Virus record (IMG/VR): IMGVR_UViG_3300032225_000339
Coordinates: 1 to 28,261 of that record
Strand: one strand, 5' to 3'
DNA: 28,261 bases
Origin: a virus
Taxonomy: Duplodnaviria > Caudoviricetes
A model generated the notes under the pieces. It was not told the origin of the DNA, made no database searches, and saw only the letters and a list, made by a program, of their open reading frames with translations. The position numbers were made by a program, and so were the translations under genes. Of this stretch, positions 15,296 through 24,303 are shown piece by piece (positions within the stretch are counted from its first letter, which is position 1; the number at the start of each line of letters is the position of its first letter).

Positions 15296-17091
15296 TGCTT
15301 ACCCAAAGTATTGAAGTGATGAAATACATCCGAGCTAGTGCTGGCAGGGCTGGCATCTCGGTTGTATTTGAAGAAACAAACCAGCCTAGGCATGATGGCA
15401 AAACAATTTATCTGCCTAGGATCACTGGTAAAACAACTCTTGTTGAACTCAAACAGCTAATGGCATCTGTAGACCACGAGGTTGCACATGACCGTTTTAG
15501 CTGCTTTGACGTTCTTGCAGAGAAAAAACTTGATGGCAGTAGCATGTTAATGTTTGTTTGGAACTTCTTAGAAGACTCCAGAGTTAACATTATTGAAGCT
15601 AAAGAGTACAAAGGTTTTAAAGAAAATTGGGACGAATGCAGTTCTGCGTTAGTAAGCGACATTCTTAAACGAGCAAGCAAAGAAACATCTTCTGGTGCAA
15701 AGCTCACTTCTTCGTTGTTATGTTGGGAAAGCCACATATCTGCGGCCTATTTTCCAACAATTGAATTAGCTACTAGCAGATTCACACCTAACAAAAAGAT
15801 TACGGATGTTCTTAATAACTTTTCTGATTGTCTTGTTTCTTGTCATCAAATTCTCGACAAACGATTAGGCACTGAAGCAACTTACCAACTGGCTGTAGAC
15901 ATACTCAAAGAGCTAGGCAGTAAATGCAAAGAAGAGCTTAAAGAAACTACAAAACCTACTCCAACTTCAGGAGTTAAGAAAGAAAAAGAAACAACAGCAG
16001 AAAGCACAGACAAAACAAAACTTGGAGAAAAAGAATCCAAAGAGTCTAAAGATAGCACAAACGAAGAAGACGAATACAAAATCATCAAGGTAAAGCTTAC
16101 TAAAGAAGATTTAGAAAAGTTTTCTTTAACTATGCCGCAAGACGGAGCATCTATGGGTAAAGTTGGTATTAACTTTGATCCTGTAGCTTTGGGTTATCGT
16201 GAGTGGGATATGACTGACTACAAGGATTTTATTGTAGTTAATTACTCAAAAAAGATTGGTGAATCGCATTATTTTGAGACTAATGCCAAGACTCGTGCTT
16301 TTATAAAAGAGTATAGGTTGAGAGTTAGCGATAAATTAGTGTCTCAAGAAAACTTTGCTCAACAAGTTCGTAAGTTAATTCAAATCAAAGCTAAAGTACA
16401 AACTCAATATGGCACTAAACGTGGCAAGCTAGATCAATCTAGATTGTCTCGTATTTGCTTTGATGCTCCCGGTTTCAATGAGCGTGTATTTAAAACTCGG
16501 ATTGAAAACAAAACTTTAGATGCTGCCATCACAGTTTTAGTAGACATGTCTGGCTCTATGGGTGGAGATAAAGCATATTATGCTTTAGCTTCTACTCTAT
16601 TGCTTAATGAAGTGTGCTCAACTCTTAACATTCCATTAGAAATTATTGGTTTTACTGACGGATATAACTCCCACAGTAAAGTAGCCCCAATAATGTTTGT
16701 GTACAAATCTTTTTCTGATTTAAAAGTCAGTGAAGATGTTCTAGTTGAAAGCTTTTCATCAAGCAGCCGTTTTATGCAGGGCAATCCTGATGGGGAAAAC
16801 ATTCTTTGGACACATGATCGACTAGTTAAACGTAAGGAAAAAAAGAAAATCTTAGTTGTTATGTCTGATGGCAGTCCAGCAGCATCTAAAAGTTCTTTTG
16901 GACTAGAGGGGTTTACTCAAAAAGTAATTGAAGAAATACAGCAAAGTAAAAAAGTAGACATTTATGGTCTAGGTTTGTGCAGTGACTCTGTTAAGCACTA
17001 CTACAAAGCCAATGACGTTGTTTCTAAACCAGAAGAAATTCCGAGTAAGTTGTTATCTTTAATAGAAAGGAAGGTACTAAGCCATGTCTAG
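15295..17091 (+). CDS. CobT-like protein: HExxH domain, charged linker, C-terminal VWA domain
   Basis: DHEVAH and NFLEDSR; GKLD..RL; MIDAS DMSGS; SDG motif. Confidence 0.85.
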   Translation: MLTQSIEVMKYIRASAGRAGISVVFEETNQPRHDGKTIYLPRITGKTTLVELKQLMASVDHEVAHDRFSCFDVLAEKKLDGSSMLMFVWNFLEDSRVNIIEAKEYKGFKENWDECSSALVSDILKRASKETSSGAKLTSSLLCWESHISAAYFPTIELATSRFTPNKKITDVLNNFSDCLVSCHQILDKRLGTEATYQLAVDILKELGSKCKEELKETTKPTPTSGVKKEKETTAESTDKTKLGEKESKESKDSTNEEDEYKIIKVKLTKEDLEKFSLTMPQDGASMGKVGINFDPVALGYREWDMTDYKDFIVVNYSKKIGESHYFETNAKTRAFIKEYRLRVSDKLVSQENFAQQVRKLIQIKAKVQTQYGTKRGKLDQSRLSRICFDAPGFNERVFKTRIENKTLDAAITVLVDMSGSMGGDKAYYALASTLLLNEVCSTLNIPLEIIGFTDGYNSHSKVAPIMFVYKSFSDLKVSEDVLVESFSSSSRFMQGNPDGENILWTHDRLVKRKEKKKILVVMSDGSPAASKSSFGLEGFTQKVIEEIQQSKKVDIYGLGLCSDSVKHYYKANDVVSKPEEIPSKLLSLIERKVLSHV

Positions 17092-18205
17092 TACAGATAA
17101 AGTCGAGGATCTTGTTAAAAAGGCCCTCAAAGAAGCGTTAGACAAACGCAAAGTAGCTAAAGAAGATGTTCATCCATCAAGCTTTCTTACAGCATCGGTT
17201 GACGAAGTTGTTTCTAAAGCACCAACTCCTGTTTCTTTAGGCAGAATTTCACTAAAAGCTGACCAGGAATATTTTTCAGTTGTTACTAGAAACACATCAA
17301 TACCTGAGTCTGAAGATTTTCCAGTTTCTATCTTTGACAGCTACGATTGGGATGAGCGCATAGCGTCTTTTATTCCAAAGGTAGATCCCAACTACGTAAT
17401 TGACCCAGAGCTTGCAACAAACATTTTGCGTGCTTGGGAGATGGACGAGAAGGTGCTTTGTTTTGGCCCAACAGGTGCTGGCAAATCAAGTTTGATTGAG
17501 CAATTGTGTGCAATTACCAAACGTCCGTTTATCCGTGTTAACTGCACAGGTGACATGGACTCTTCTATGATCTTTGGTCAACTGACAGCTAAAGATGGTT
17601 CTACAGAATGGGTAGACGGTGCTGTAACAGAAGCTGTTAGGTATGGTGCTGTGTTTGCTTGGGACGAGTGGGATGTAACTCCTCCTGAGATTTCTATGGG
17701 TCTTCAATGGCTCTTAGAAGACGAGGGTAAACTGTTCTTAAAAGAAATGCCCGGTAGCACTAAAGACAAGCAAGTGATTCCACACCAGCATTTTAAGCTT
17801 GTGGCAATTGGCAACACGCAAGGTCAAGGTGATGAAACAGGCGCACATGCAGGCACTAACGTTCAGAACTCTGCTACACTGGATCGCTTTGGCACTGCTG
17901 TTTATGTTGGCTACCTCAAGCCAGAAGTAGAAGAAAAGATGATCCTAAACAAGTGGAGTTCCACTATCACACCCAAAGCTACTAAGGAGCTTGTCAAGCT
18001 TGCTAACTTGATTCGTCAAGGCTATCAAGCTGGTCAGTTTAACTTGACTATCTCTCCACGTTCGTTGTTCAGCATCTGTAAAAAGTTGTCATATGGTTCT
18101 ACCTTACGATCAGCTTACACGGTAGTGTATCTCAACAAACTCAACGAAACACAACGTAAAGTTGCTGATGAGTTGTTTGTTAAGATTTACGGCAACATAG
18201 TCTAG
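17084..18205 (+). CDS. MoxR/CobS-like AAA+ ATPase
   Basis: Walker A GPTGAGKS, RVNC, Walker B AWDEWD, ATLDRF arginine finger, SPR sensor 2. Confidence 0.9.
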   Translation: MSSTDKVEDLVKKALKEALDKRKVAKEDVHPSSFLTASVDEVVSKAPTPVSLGRISLKADQEYFSVVTRNTSIPESEDFPVSIFDSYDWDERIASFIPKVDPNYVIDPELATNILRAWEMDEKVLCFGPTGAGKSSLIEQLCAITKRPFIRVNCTGDMDSSMIFGQLTAKDGSTEWVDGAVTEAVRYGAVFAWDEWDVTPPEISMGLQWLLEDEGKLFLKEMPGSTKDKQVIPHQHFKLVAIGNTQGQGDETGAHAGTNVQNSATLDRFGTAVYVGYLKPEVEEKMILNKWSSTITPKATKELVKLANLIRQGYQAGQFNLTISPRSLFSICKKLSYGSTLRSAYTVVYLNKLNETQRKVADELFVKIYGNIV

Positions 18206-18260
18206 AACTACAAAACCATATAGCCTTCCCATTTGGGAGGGCTATTTATTTTGAGTTTTA
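18203..18260 (+). promoter_or_regulatory. RNase III-like interrupted stem (possibly also a weak terminator)
   Basis: Upper stem ATAGCCTTCCC/GGGAGGGCTAT, internal loop, lower stems CAAAA/TTTTG and TAGAACT/AGTTTTA. Confidence 0.55.
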
Positions 18261-18273
18261 CAAGGAGCTAATT

Positions 18274-18597
18274 ATGGCAGTAGATAACAGCACAGGCAAA
18301 AACAAAGAGTTTTATGAGCTTGGTAAAAAAATGTTTGATCGAATAAAACCTCTTAAACCTATCAAACCATACATTGATCCAATTCAAGCAGATATTGATT
18401 TGTTGTATAGCGCGTACATAGCAGACAATGATGCGTTAGAAGATGCAAAAATAACGTTTGATGTAATTAAAAAAGTAGACCCAGGTGTTTACGACGAAAT
18501 AATTGACTCATCTTTAGCATTAATAAACAAGGCGTTAAAAATAAGTTATAGCGATGCACTAGAAAGAATTGAAATTAGAGCAAAACGTAAATTATGA
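18274..18597 (+). CDS. Hypothetical protein
   Basis: 107 aa, AAGGAG RBS, ATGA overlap with primase. Confidence 0.75.
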   Translation: MAVDNSTGKNKEFYELGKKMFDRIKPLKPIKPYIDPIQADIDLLYSAYIADNDALEDAKITFDVIKKVDPGVYDEIIDSSLALINKALKISYSDALERIEIRAKRKL

Positions 18598-19415
18598 TTG
18601 ATCGAAAGCTAATCCTAACTAATGCTCCAACCAACTTAGGTGAACAAGTACATGTAAACCACGTTGGATGCTCTGCTGGTGAAGACAAAAAACAACGGTT
18701 GTATATTAAACGTACCTCTAAAGGTATCGTAGCGTATTGCCACCATTGTGCTGAAGCTGGTTTTGCTTCTGACAGCAGAAGTGGTAATCGTATGGCTACA
18801 TGGTTGACTGCCCCTGAAATACCACCTTTAAGGTCAATTAATGCAATGCCAATACTTTCAGGTTTAAGCATTGAAGCACAAGCATGGTTGCTTGAACATT
18901 ATTGCAACACAGGCTATTTTGGTTTTAACGGAGTTAAAGAAAAGCACAATCAAATTGCGCTTACACTTCGCAACCCAGAAACAGACGTTATTGGTTATCA
19001 GGTACGTAACTTGCTTCCAGGAGCTACACCAAAATATATAACCAGTTATATAAGCAATTGTTACAAAGGAGATTCTGCTTGGTTTCATTACCCCCGCAAC
19101 AAAACGCTTGTTATCACTGAAGACTATCTTAGTGCTTATAGAGTATGCCAAGACAATGTTGGAAATGTTAGCTCTTTGGCGTTACTAAGAACAACAATCA
19201 CAGACCGCACATTGCTTCAAATATATGAGCTAGGTTTTGAAAAAGTAATTATTTGGTTAGATCCCGATGAAGCAGGAAAAAAAGGAGCACTTAAAGCACA
19301 AAAAGAATTAACGCACTTCCTTTCTACAGACACATCTATTCAGTGCATAGACATTGGCAAAGAGCCAAAAGAATGCACAGTAGACGAATTACAAACAATC
19401 CTTGAAGGACTTTAA
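18594..19415 (+). CDS. DNA primase (zinc ribbon plus TOPRIM)
   Basis: HVGC...YCHHC zinc site; LVITEDYLSA and WLDPDEAG TOPRIM motifs; upstream of the helicase. Confidence 0.85.
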   Translation: MIDRKLILTNAPTNLGEQVHVNHVGCSAGEDKKQRLYIKRTSKGIVAYCHHCAEAGFASDSRSGNRMATWLTAPEIPPLRSINAMPILSGLSIEAQAWLLEHYCNTGYFGFNGVKEKHNQIALTLRNPETDVIGYQVRNLLPGATPKYITSYISNCYKGDSAWFHYPRNKTLVITEDYLSAYRVCQDNVGNVSSLALLRTTITDRTLLQIYELGFEKVIIWLDPDEAGKKGALKAQKELTHFLSTDTSIQCIDIGKEPKECTVDELQTILEGL

Positions 19416-20680
19416 TGGACTATGACGTTCTGTTTCTTTGCGCTGAAAGCAAAGAAAACTTACAAAAGTACAGGAGGCACATCAAGCCGCATGTAGTGGT
19501 CAAAGAGACCAACATCATCCTTGACGGGATGGAAAAATACTACAAAACATTTCCATCAGTAGCTACGTTTAACTGGGACGCTTTTAGTGCTTTCCTAATA
19601 GCAGACCAAAGCAAACGACTTACTGACGACGCAATTGTTAAGCTGCGTATGACTTTGACTAAAGCAAAGCTATACACACCACACATAGCACACGAAGAAG
19701 TTATTAAGAGCATTATTGAGCTTGATTATTTAGCTCAGATCATGGAAGAGTGTGAACGTGTTAAAGAAGGTTCTAGTGACCTTGAGCACGTACACATGCT
19801 TGCAACTGATGCTCTTAAAAGCGTGGAGAGGTTCATTGAAAAAGATGATTTATTTGTTTCTGCTGACCTATCTGGCATTGCAGATCGTATTAGTAGTACT
19901 GGCTATGAGTGGCGCTTGGATGTTCTTAATCGTTCTCTTGGTCCTTTACGTAGTGGTAATTTTGTCATTGTTGCAGCGCGTGTTGAGGTAGGCAAAACAA
20001 CATTTTTAGCGAGTGAGGTTAGCTACATGGCGCAGCAGTTGCCTAAAGATCGTCCTGTTGTGTGGGTTAACAACGAAGAAGAATCCTCTGTAGTGTTCTT
20101 TCGTATTGTTCAGGCAACACTTGGCATGACTTCTGCTGACATGATAGCTAGTTCTACTACTGCAATGGCTGCTTACGAAACACTTATGGATGGCGACAAA
20201 AACAAAATCCGTGTTACTAAAGACACCAATCATGTACGTGATCTGGAGACTTTGTTTAGAGAAGTCAATCCTGGACTCATTGTGTTTGACCAGCTAGACA
20301 AGGTAGATGGCTTTAACAAAGGAGATGAGCGTGAAGACATTAAGCTTGGCAAAATTTATAAATGGGCTAGAGAACTTGCCCGCACTTATGGCCCTGTCAT
20401 TGCAGCTTCTCAGCTTAGTGCTTCGGTTGTGGATCTTAAAGACCCTCCGTTTATCGGCATGGATGCTCTCCGTGGAAGTAAGACGGACAAACCGGGTGAA
20501 GCAGACGTTGTACTTACTATTGGCAAATACAAAGAACCCAAAAGCACCGAAGAAGAAATGATTCGGACTATCAATGTTCCTAAGAACAAACTACCCGGAG
20601 GAGGACCTAAACATGTAGAGTCAGATCGACACGGACAATTTCTAGTAACCATTGACCCAATTAGGGCAAGATTTGAATAA
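19415..20680 (+). CDS. DnaB/T7 gp4-like SF4 replicative helicase
   Basis: ARVEVGKTT Walker A, NEE, IVFDQLD Walker B, SQL, ADVVL. Confidence 0.88.
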   Translation: MDYDVLFLCAESKENLQKYRRHIKPHVVVKETNIILDGMEKYYKTFPSVATFNWDAFSAFLIADQSKRLTDDAIVKLRMTLTKAKLYTPHIAHEEVIKSIIELDYLAQIMEECERVKEGSSDLEHVHMLATDALKSVERFIEKDDLFVSADLSGIADRISSTGYEWRLDVLNRSLGPLRSGNFVIVAARVEVGKTTFLASEVSYMAQQLPKDRPVVWVNNEEESSVVFFRIVQATLGMTSADMIASSTTAMAAYETLMDGDKNKIRVTKDTNHVRDLETLFREVNPGLIVFDQLDKVDGFNKGDEREDIKLGKIYKWARELARTYGPVIAASQLSASVVDLKDPPFIGMDALRGSKTDKPGEADVVLTIGKYKEPKSTEEEMIRTINVPKNKLPGGGPKHVESDRHGQFLVTIDPIRARFE

Positions 20681-20709
20681 ACAATGATCAATACCATAGG
20701 TGGAAAACC

Positions 20710-22647
20710 ATGACCACTCCGCTATTCGTAGCTATTGACGTTGAGACAACACTCAACGGCAATGAAGAAATAGGACTAGCTCATCCTATGAGCCCCGATA
20801 ACAAAGTAGTGCTATACGGCATTACCAACACTATCGGTGTTCCTTACACAACTGACAATCCAAAAGACTTTAAACGGGCTATAGCTAACTTTATAGGTGA
20901 TGCTCCCACTTATTGTGGACACAACATATCTTTTGATCTGTTGTATTTGTATCGAGAAAGTCCTGCTCTTAAAGAAACACTTCAATGGCACAAAATTTGG
21001 GATACACAATTAGCTGAATACATTCTTACAGGCCAACGTAGCAAGTGGTCTAGTCTGGATGAGTTGTCTATCAAGTACGGCCTACCCGTTAAAGATGACA
21101 AGATTAAAACTTACTTTGAAGCAGGTTTAGGGTCTGACAAGATACCTCGTGAAGAGCTTGAGCCATACCTTAAACAAGACTTAGAAAACACTTTTGTTGT
21201 AGCTGGTCAACAGTACTTAGAAGCTGAAAAGAACGGTCAGCTTACGTTGATACTGTCTCAGATGGAAGCATTACACGCAACTACTGAGATGATGTTTAAC
21301 GGCCTGCACATCGACAAAGAAAAACTAGACGCATACACTGTTGAAGTAGTTAACAACTACGTTGATGTACAACTTGCCTTGACTGATCTTTCAGCAGGAC
21401 GAGTTGAAGACATTAACAGTCCTAAACAATGGAGCCAATTCTTTTTTGGTGGAACCAAGAAAGTTAAAGTCAAAGAAGAAGTTGGTGTCTACAAAAATGG
21501 CAACACTAAATACAAGCTTGTAGAAACGTTAGTCAAAATTCCAGCGTTTATTAAGTACGTACCTGATCCTGAAAAAGTTTCTGCTAAGACAGGTCAGATA
21601 AGTGTTGATGATGCTGTACTTAACGACATGCTTAATCACACTGTTGATGTTGCTGCAATTAGCATAATCAAAAAATTGTTGCAATACAGAGAGTTATCTA
21701 AACAGCTTTCAACGTATGTGCAAGGCTTGAGCAAACACATTATTGGTGATTTTATTCATGGCAAACTTAATCACACAGCAACCGTAACAGGTCGTTTGTC
21801 TTCAACCAGTCCTAATTTACAAAATATTAGTAATAACCCTATCAAACAAATCTTTAATTCCCGGTATGATAGAGGTTTGATTGTTGAAGTTGACTTCAAT
21901 CAGCTAGAAGTTGTTGCCCTTGCCCATGTTACTAGAGACAAGCAATTGATCAAAGACATTGGGGATGGAGCAGACATTCACTCAGAGTTATACAAAGACA
22001 TGTTTGGTAAGTACCCTACTAAAGAAGAACGTAAGCCGTTTAAGGCTAGAACGTTTCAACTTATCTATGGTGCTGGAGCCAAAGCTATTAGCAAACAAGC
22101 TGGATGCAGTTTGGACGAAGCTAAGAAGTTTATAGATGTTTTTTATACTCGCTATCCTAAAGTAGCAGACTGGCACAAAGACTTTGCAGCAAAAGTAGAG
22201 CGCTATGCTGTATACGGTAAAACCGCAGATGGCCTAACTGAAAAAGTTAGGACATACACACTATTCACAGAAACTGGTCGTAAGTTCTCATTTACTGAGT
22301 ACTACAACGAAAGCACTTGGTCTACAAGAAGCTACAACTTTAGTCCCACAGAACTTAAGAACTACCCAGTGCAAGGATTGGCTACGGGCGATATTGTCCC
22401 AATGATGTTGGGCATTATTTTTCGTAAGCTAGTAGGCAGGGATGATGTGAAGATGGTTAACACCATTCACGACTCCCTAATGTTTGACGTTCAAGGCGAT
22501 TCTGCCGCTAACTTTATATTGGAGATTACCGACATACTTAAAGACACACACAAGTATTTTGAAGAGATATTTAAAAAGCCCCTAGCTCTGAAGCTCAACG
22601 CAGGAGCTAGTTATGGTCCTAATTGGTTCAACATGGAAGAAATGTAA
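20710..22647 (+). CDS. polA: Family A DNA polymerase with 3'-5' exonuclease domain
   Basis: Exo I DVET, Exo II HNISFD, Exo III YLKQD; TGRLSS..PNLQN; motif A DFNQLE; motif B KARTFQLIYG; motif C IHDS. Confidence 0.95.
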   Translation: MTTPLFVAIDVETTLNGNEEIGLAHPMSPDNKVVLYGITNTIGVPYTTDNPKDFKRAIANFIGDAPTYCGHNISFDLLYLYRESPALKETLQWHKIWDTQLAEYILTGQRSKWSSLDELSIKYGLPVKDDKIKTYFEAGLGSDKIPREELEPYLKQDLENTFVVAGQQYLEAEKNGQLTLILSQMEALHATTEMMFNGLHIDKEKLDAYTVEVVNNYVDVQLALTDLSAGRVEDINSPKQWSQFFFGGTKKVKVKEEVGVYKNGNTKYKLVETLVKIPAFIKYVPDPEKVSAKTGQISVDDAVLNDMLNHTVDVAAISIIKKLLQYRELSKQLSTYVQGLSKHIIGDFIHGKLNHTATVTGRLSSTSPNLQNISNNPIKQIFNSRYDRGLIVEVDFNQLEVVALAHVTRDKQLIKDIGDGADIHSELYKDMFGKYPTKEERKPFKARTFQLIYGAGAKAISKQAGCSLDEAKKFIDVFYTRYPKVADWHKDFAAKVERYAVYGKTADGLTEKVRTYTLFTETGRKFSFTEYYNESTWSTRSYNFSPTELKNYPVQGLATGDIVPMMLGIIFRKLVGRDDVKMVNTIHDSLMFDVQGDSAANFILEITDILKDTHKYFEEIFKKPLALKLNAGASYGPNWFNMEEM

Positions 22648-22648
22648 C

Positions 22649-23173
22649 ATGGTAATGATGACAGGCGTTGTGGAAGCCGTATCCACTAAAGATGTAACTA
22701 CTAAGTTTGGTACAAAACCAACGTATTCCTTCAAAGTTAATGGAAGTTGGATTAAATGTGGGTTTAAGAATCCTAATGTTGATGTTGGCTACACTGTAGA
22801 TTTTGATGGTGTAACAGGTACGTATGGCATTGAGACTAAATCAGTCAACATCACTAGTCGTATAGCAACACCAGCAGTAACAACACCAACAACACCGGCA
22901 GCAACTAAGAGTTACGGTAGCAGCAGCTACAAAGAAAAAGTGTTTCCTATTCCAGCATTGCATGGTGATCGGGCTATTGTTCGTCAGAACGCACTAGCTC
23001 GTGCAACTGATCTGTACATTGCTGCTCGTGGTGCTAAACCATTTGAATTGGAAGCATCTACTCTTGATATGATTATTAAGTTTGCTCGTAAGTTTGAGGC
23101 TTATACCGCTGGTGATCTGGACATGGCAGAGGTTATGGCAGAAGACACAGCAGAACAAACAGTTTCATTTTAA
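22649..23173 (+). CDS. Probable single-stranded DNA-binding protein
   Basis: OB-fold-like beta N-terminus, T/P/A linker, acidic tail ending in Phe; follows the polymerase; start 22649-22658. Confidence 0.55.
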   Translation: MVMMTGVVEAVSTKDVTTKFGTKPTYSFKVNGSWIKCGFKNPNVDVGYTVDFDGVTGTYGIETKSVNITSRIATPAVTTPTTPAATKSYGSSSYKEKVFPIPALHGDRAIVRQNALARATDLYIAARGAKPFELEASTLDMIIKFARKFEAYTAGDLDMAEVMAEDTAEQTVSF

Positions 23174-23185
23174 AAGGAATCAGTT

Positions 23186-23383
23186 ATGCAAGAGCAAGTT
23201 AAACGTGGTCGAGGTCGTCCCCGTAAAGTAGCAGTAAAAGTTGCTAATAACATTGAGCCCAAAAAAGAAGATGCTTTGTTGTTTGAGATTAATCTTAAGT
23301 TTTTGGACACCTATGGTTTTCAATTAACTGAAACTCAAGCAAAAGCTTTTCTGTTGCACATGGTTCGTGTAGTTGAGTTGTAA
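23186..23383 (+). CDS. AT-hook-containing small protein
   Basis: KRGRGRPRK motif; AAGGA RBS. Confidence 0.75.
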   Translation: MQEQVKRGRGRPRKVAVKVANNIEPKKEDALLFEINLKFLDTYGFQLTETQAKAFLLHMVRVVEL

Positions 23384-23390
23384 GTTTTAT

Positions 23391-23484
23391 GGAAGCTGTT
23401 AAGCCAGCGTTCGAGGATGTCAACGTAGGAAGTTTTCTGGCTTTCTGTCCTACCTAGTTGAAGACCAAATCGAAGCTTCCACCA
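23391..23484 (+). ncRNA. Pseudoknotted ncRNA candidate with an acceptor-like stem and 3' ACCA
   Basis: GGAAGCT/AGCTTCC then ACCA; pseudoknot AAGCCAG/CTGGCTT; inner stems TCGA/TCGA, TCAAC/GTTGA, GTAGGA/TCCTAC. Confidence 0.6.
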
Positions 23485-23487
23485 TAC

Positions 23488-23513
23488 AGGTCAGAGGAGA
23501 AATCCTCTGGCCT
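23488..23513 (+). promoter_or_regulatory. 11-bp GAAA-capped hairpin (processing-type stem)
   Basis: AGGTCAGAGGA-GAAA-TCCTCTGGCCT. Confidence 0.55.
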
Positions 23514-23553
23514 ATTCGACTGCGGTCTATGCCGCATAACTTAGAAAGTAAAC

Positions 23554-24303
23554 ATGAAAGCACTAATCGACGGTGACATTGTGGTGTACAGAGCCGCAGC
23601 GTCAGCAGAAGAAGAAGAGCAGTGGGTAGCGTTAGCAAGAGCAGACAAGCTTATGCAAGACATTTTAGAGGAGACTACAGCAGACAGCTACAACGTGTAC
23701 CTCACAGGTAGCGGTAACTTTCGTAGAGAAATAGCTCCCAGCTACAAAGCTCAACGACCTGATGCTAGACCTAAACATTGGCAAGCAGTGCGAGAGTTCC
23801 TAGTAACACAGCACAAAGCTATTGTATGTGACGGATTTGAAGCTGACGATCAACTGGGTATAGACCAAGACAAGACTTATAAGTCAACAGTTATTTGTTC
23901 TATAGACAAAGATTTACTTCAGATCCCTGGCAGGCACTACAATTTTGTTAAGAAAGTGTTCCAGGAAGTAACACACGATGAAGGTATTAAGTTTTTGTAT
24001 ATACAAAGTCTTGTTGGAGATCGCAGTGACAACATCTTTGGTGTTCAGGGCATAGGCCCAGTCAAAGCAGCTAAAGCTTTAGACGGACTGCTTCCAGAAG
24101 AGTACTACGACAAATGTCGTGCTATGTACGATGACGATGCTAGGTTTCATCTCAACATGCAACTGCTATACATCTGGCAAAAGCCTAACGACATGTGGCA
24201 ACCGCCCAACAGCCGCGAAGCGGAACCCACAGCAGCCAAAGCTTCCCCTTACGGGGAAGGTTTGGAAACACAACTAACAGAACAAGGCGGCAACAATGCC
24301 TAG
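23554..24303 (+). CDS. 5'-3' exonuclease (T7 gp6/FEN-like)
   Basis: LIDGD, YKAQR, EADD, DKDLLQIPG, GDRSDNIFGVQGIGP helix-hairpin motif. Confidence 0.92.
   Translation: MKALIDGDIVVYRAAASAEEEEQWVALARADKLMQDILEETTADSYNVYLTGSGNFRREIAPSYKAQRPDARPKHWQAVREFLVTQHKAIVCDGFEADDQLGIDQDKTYKSTVICSIDKDLLQIPGRHYNFVKKVFQEVTHDEGIKFLYIQSLVGDRSDNIFGVQGIGPVKAAKALDGLLPEEYYDKCRAMYDDDARFHLNMQLLYIWQKPNDMWQPPNSREAEPTAAKASPYGEGLETQLTEQGGNNA

Noticed and set aside
15295-18205. Cobalamin biosynthesis auxiliary genes (true cobS/cobT)
   Set aside because: No cobN or other cob genes in the window; the motifs support only a generic MoxR/VWA pair
23391-23484. Canonical tRNA or tmRNA
   Set aside because: No cloverleaf, no T-arm next to the 3' acceptor strand and no tag ORF
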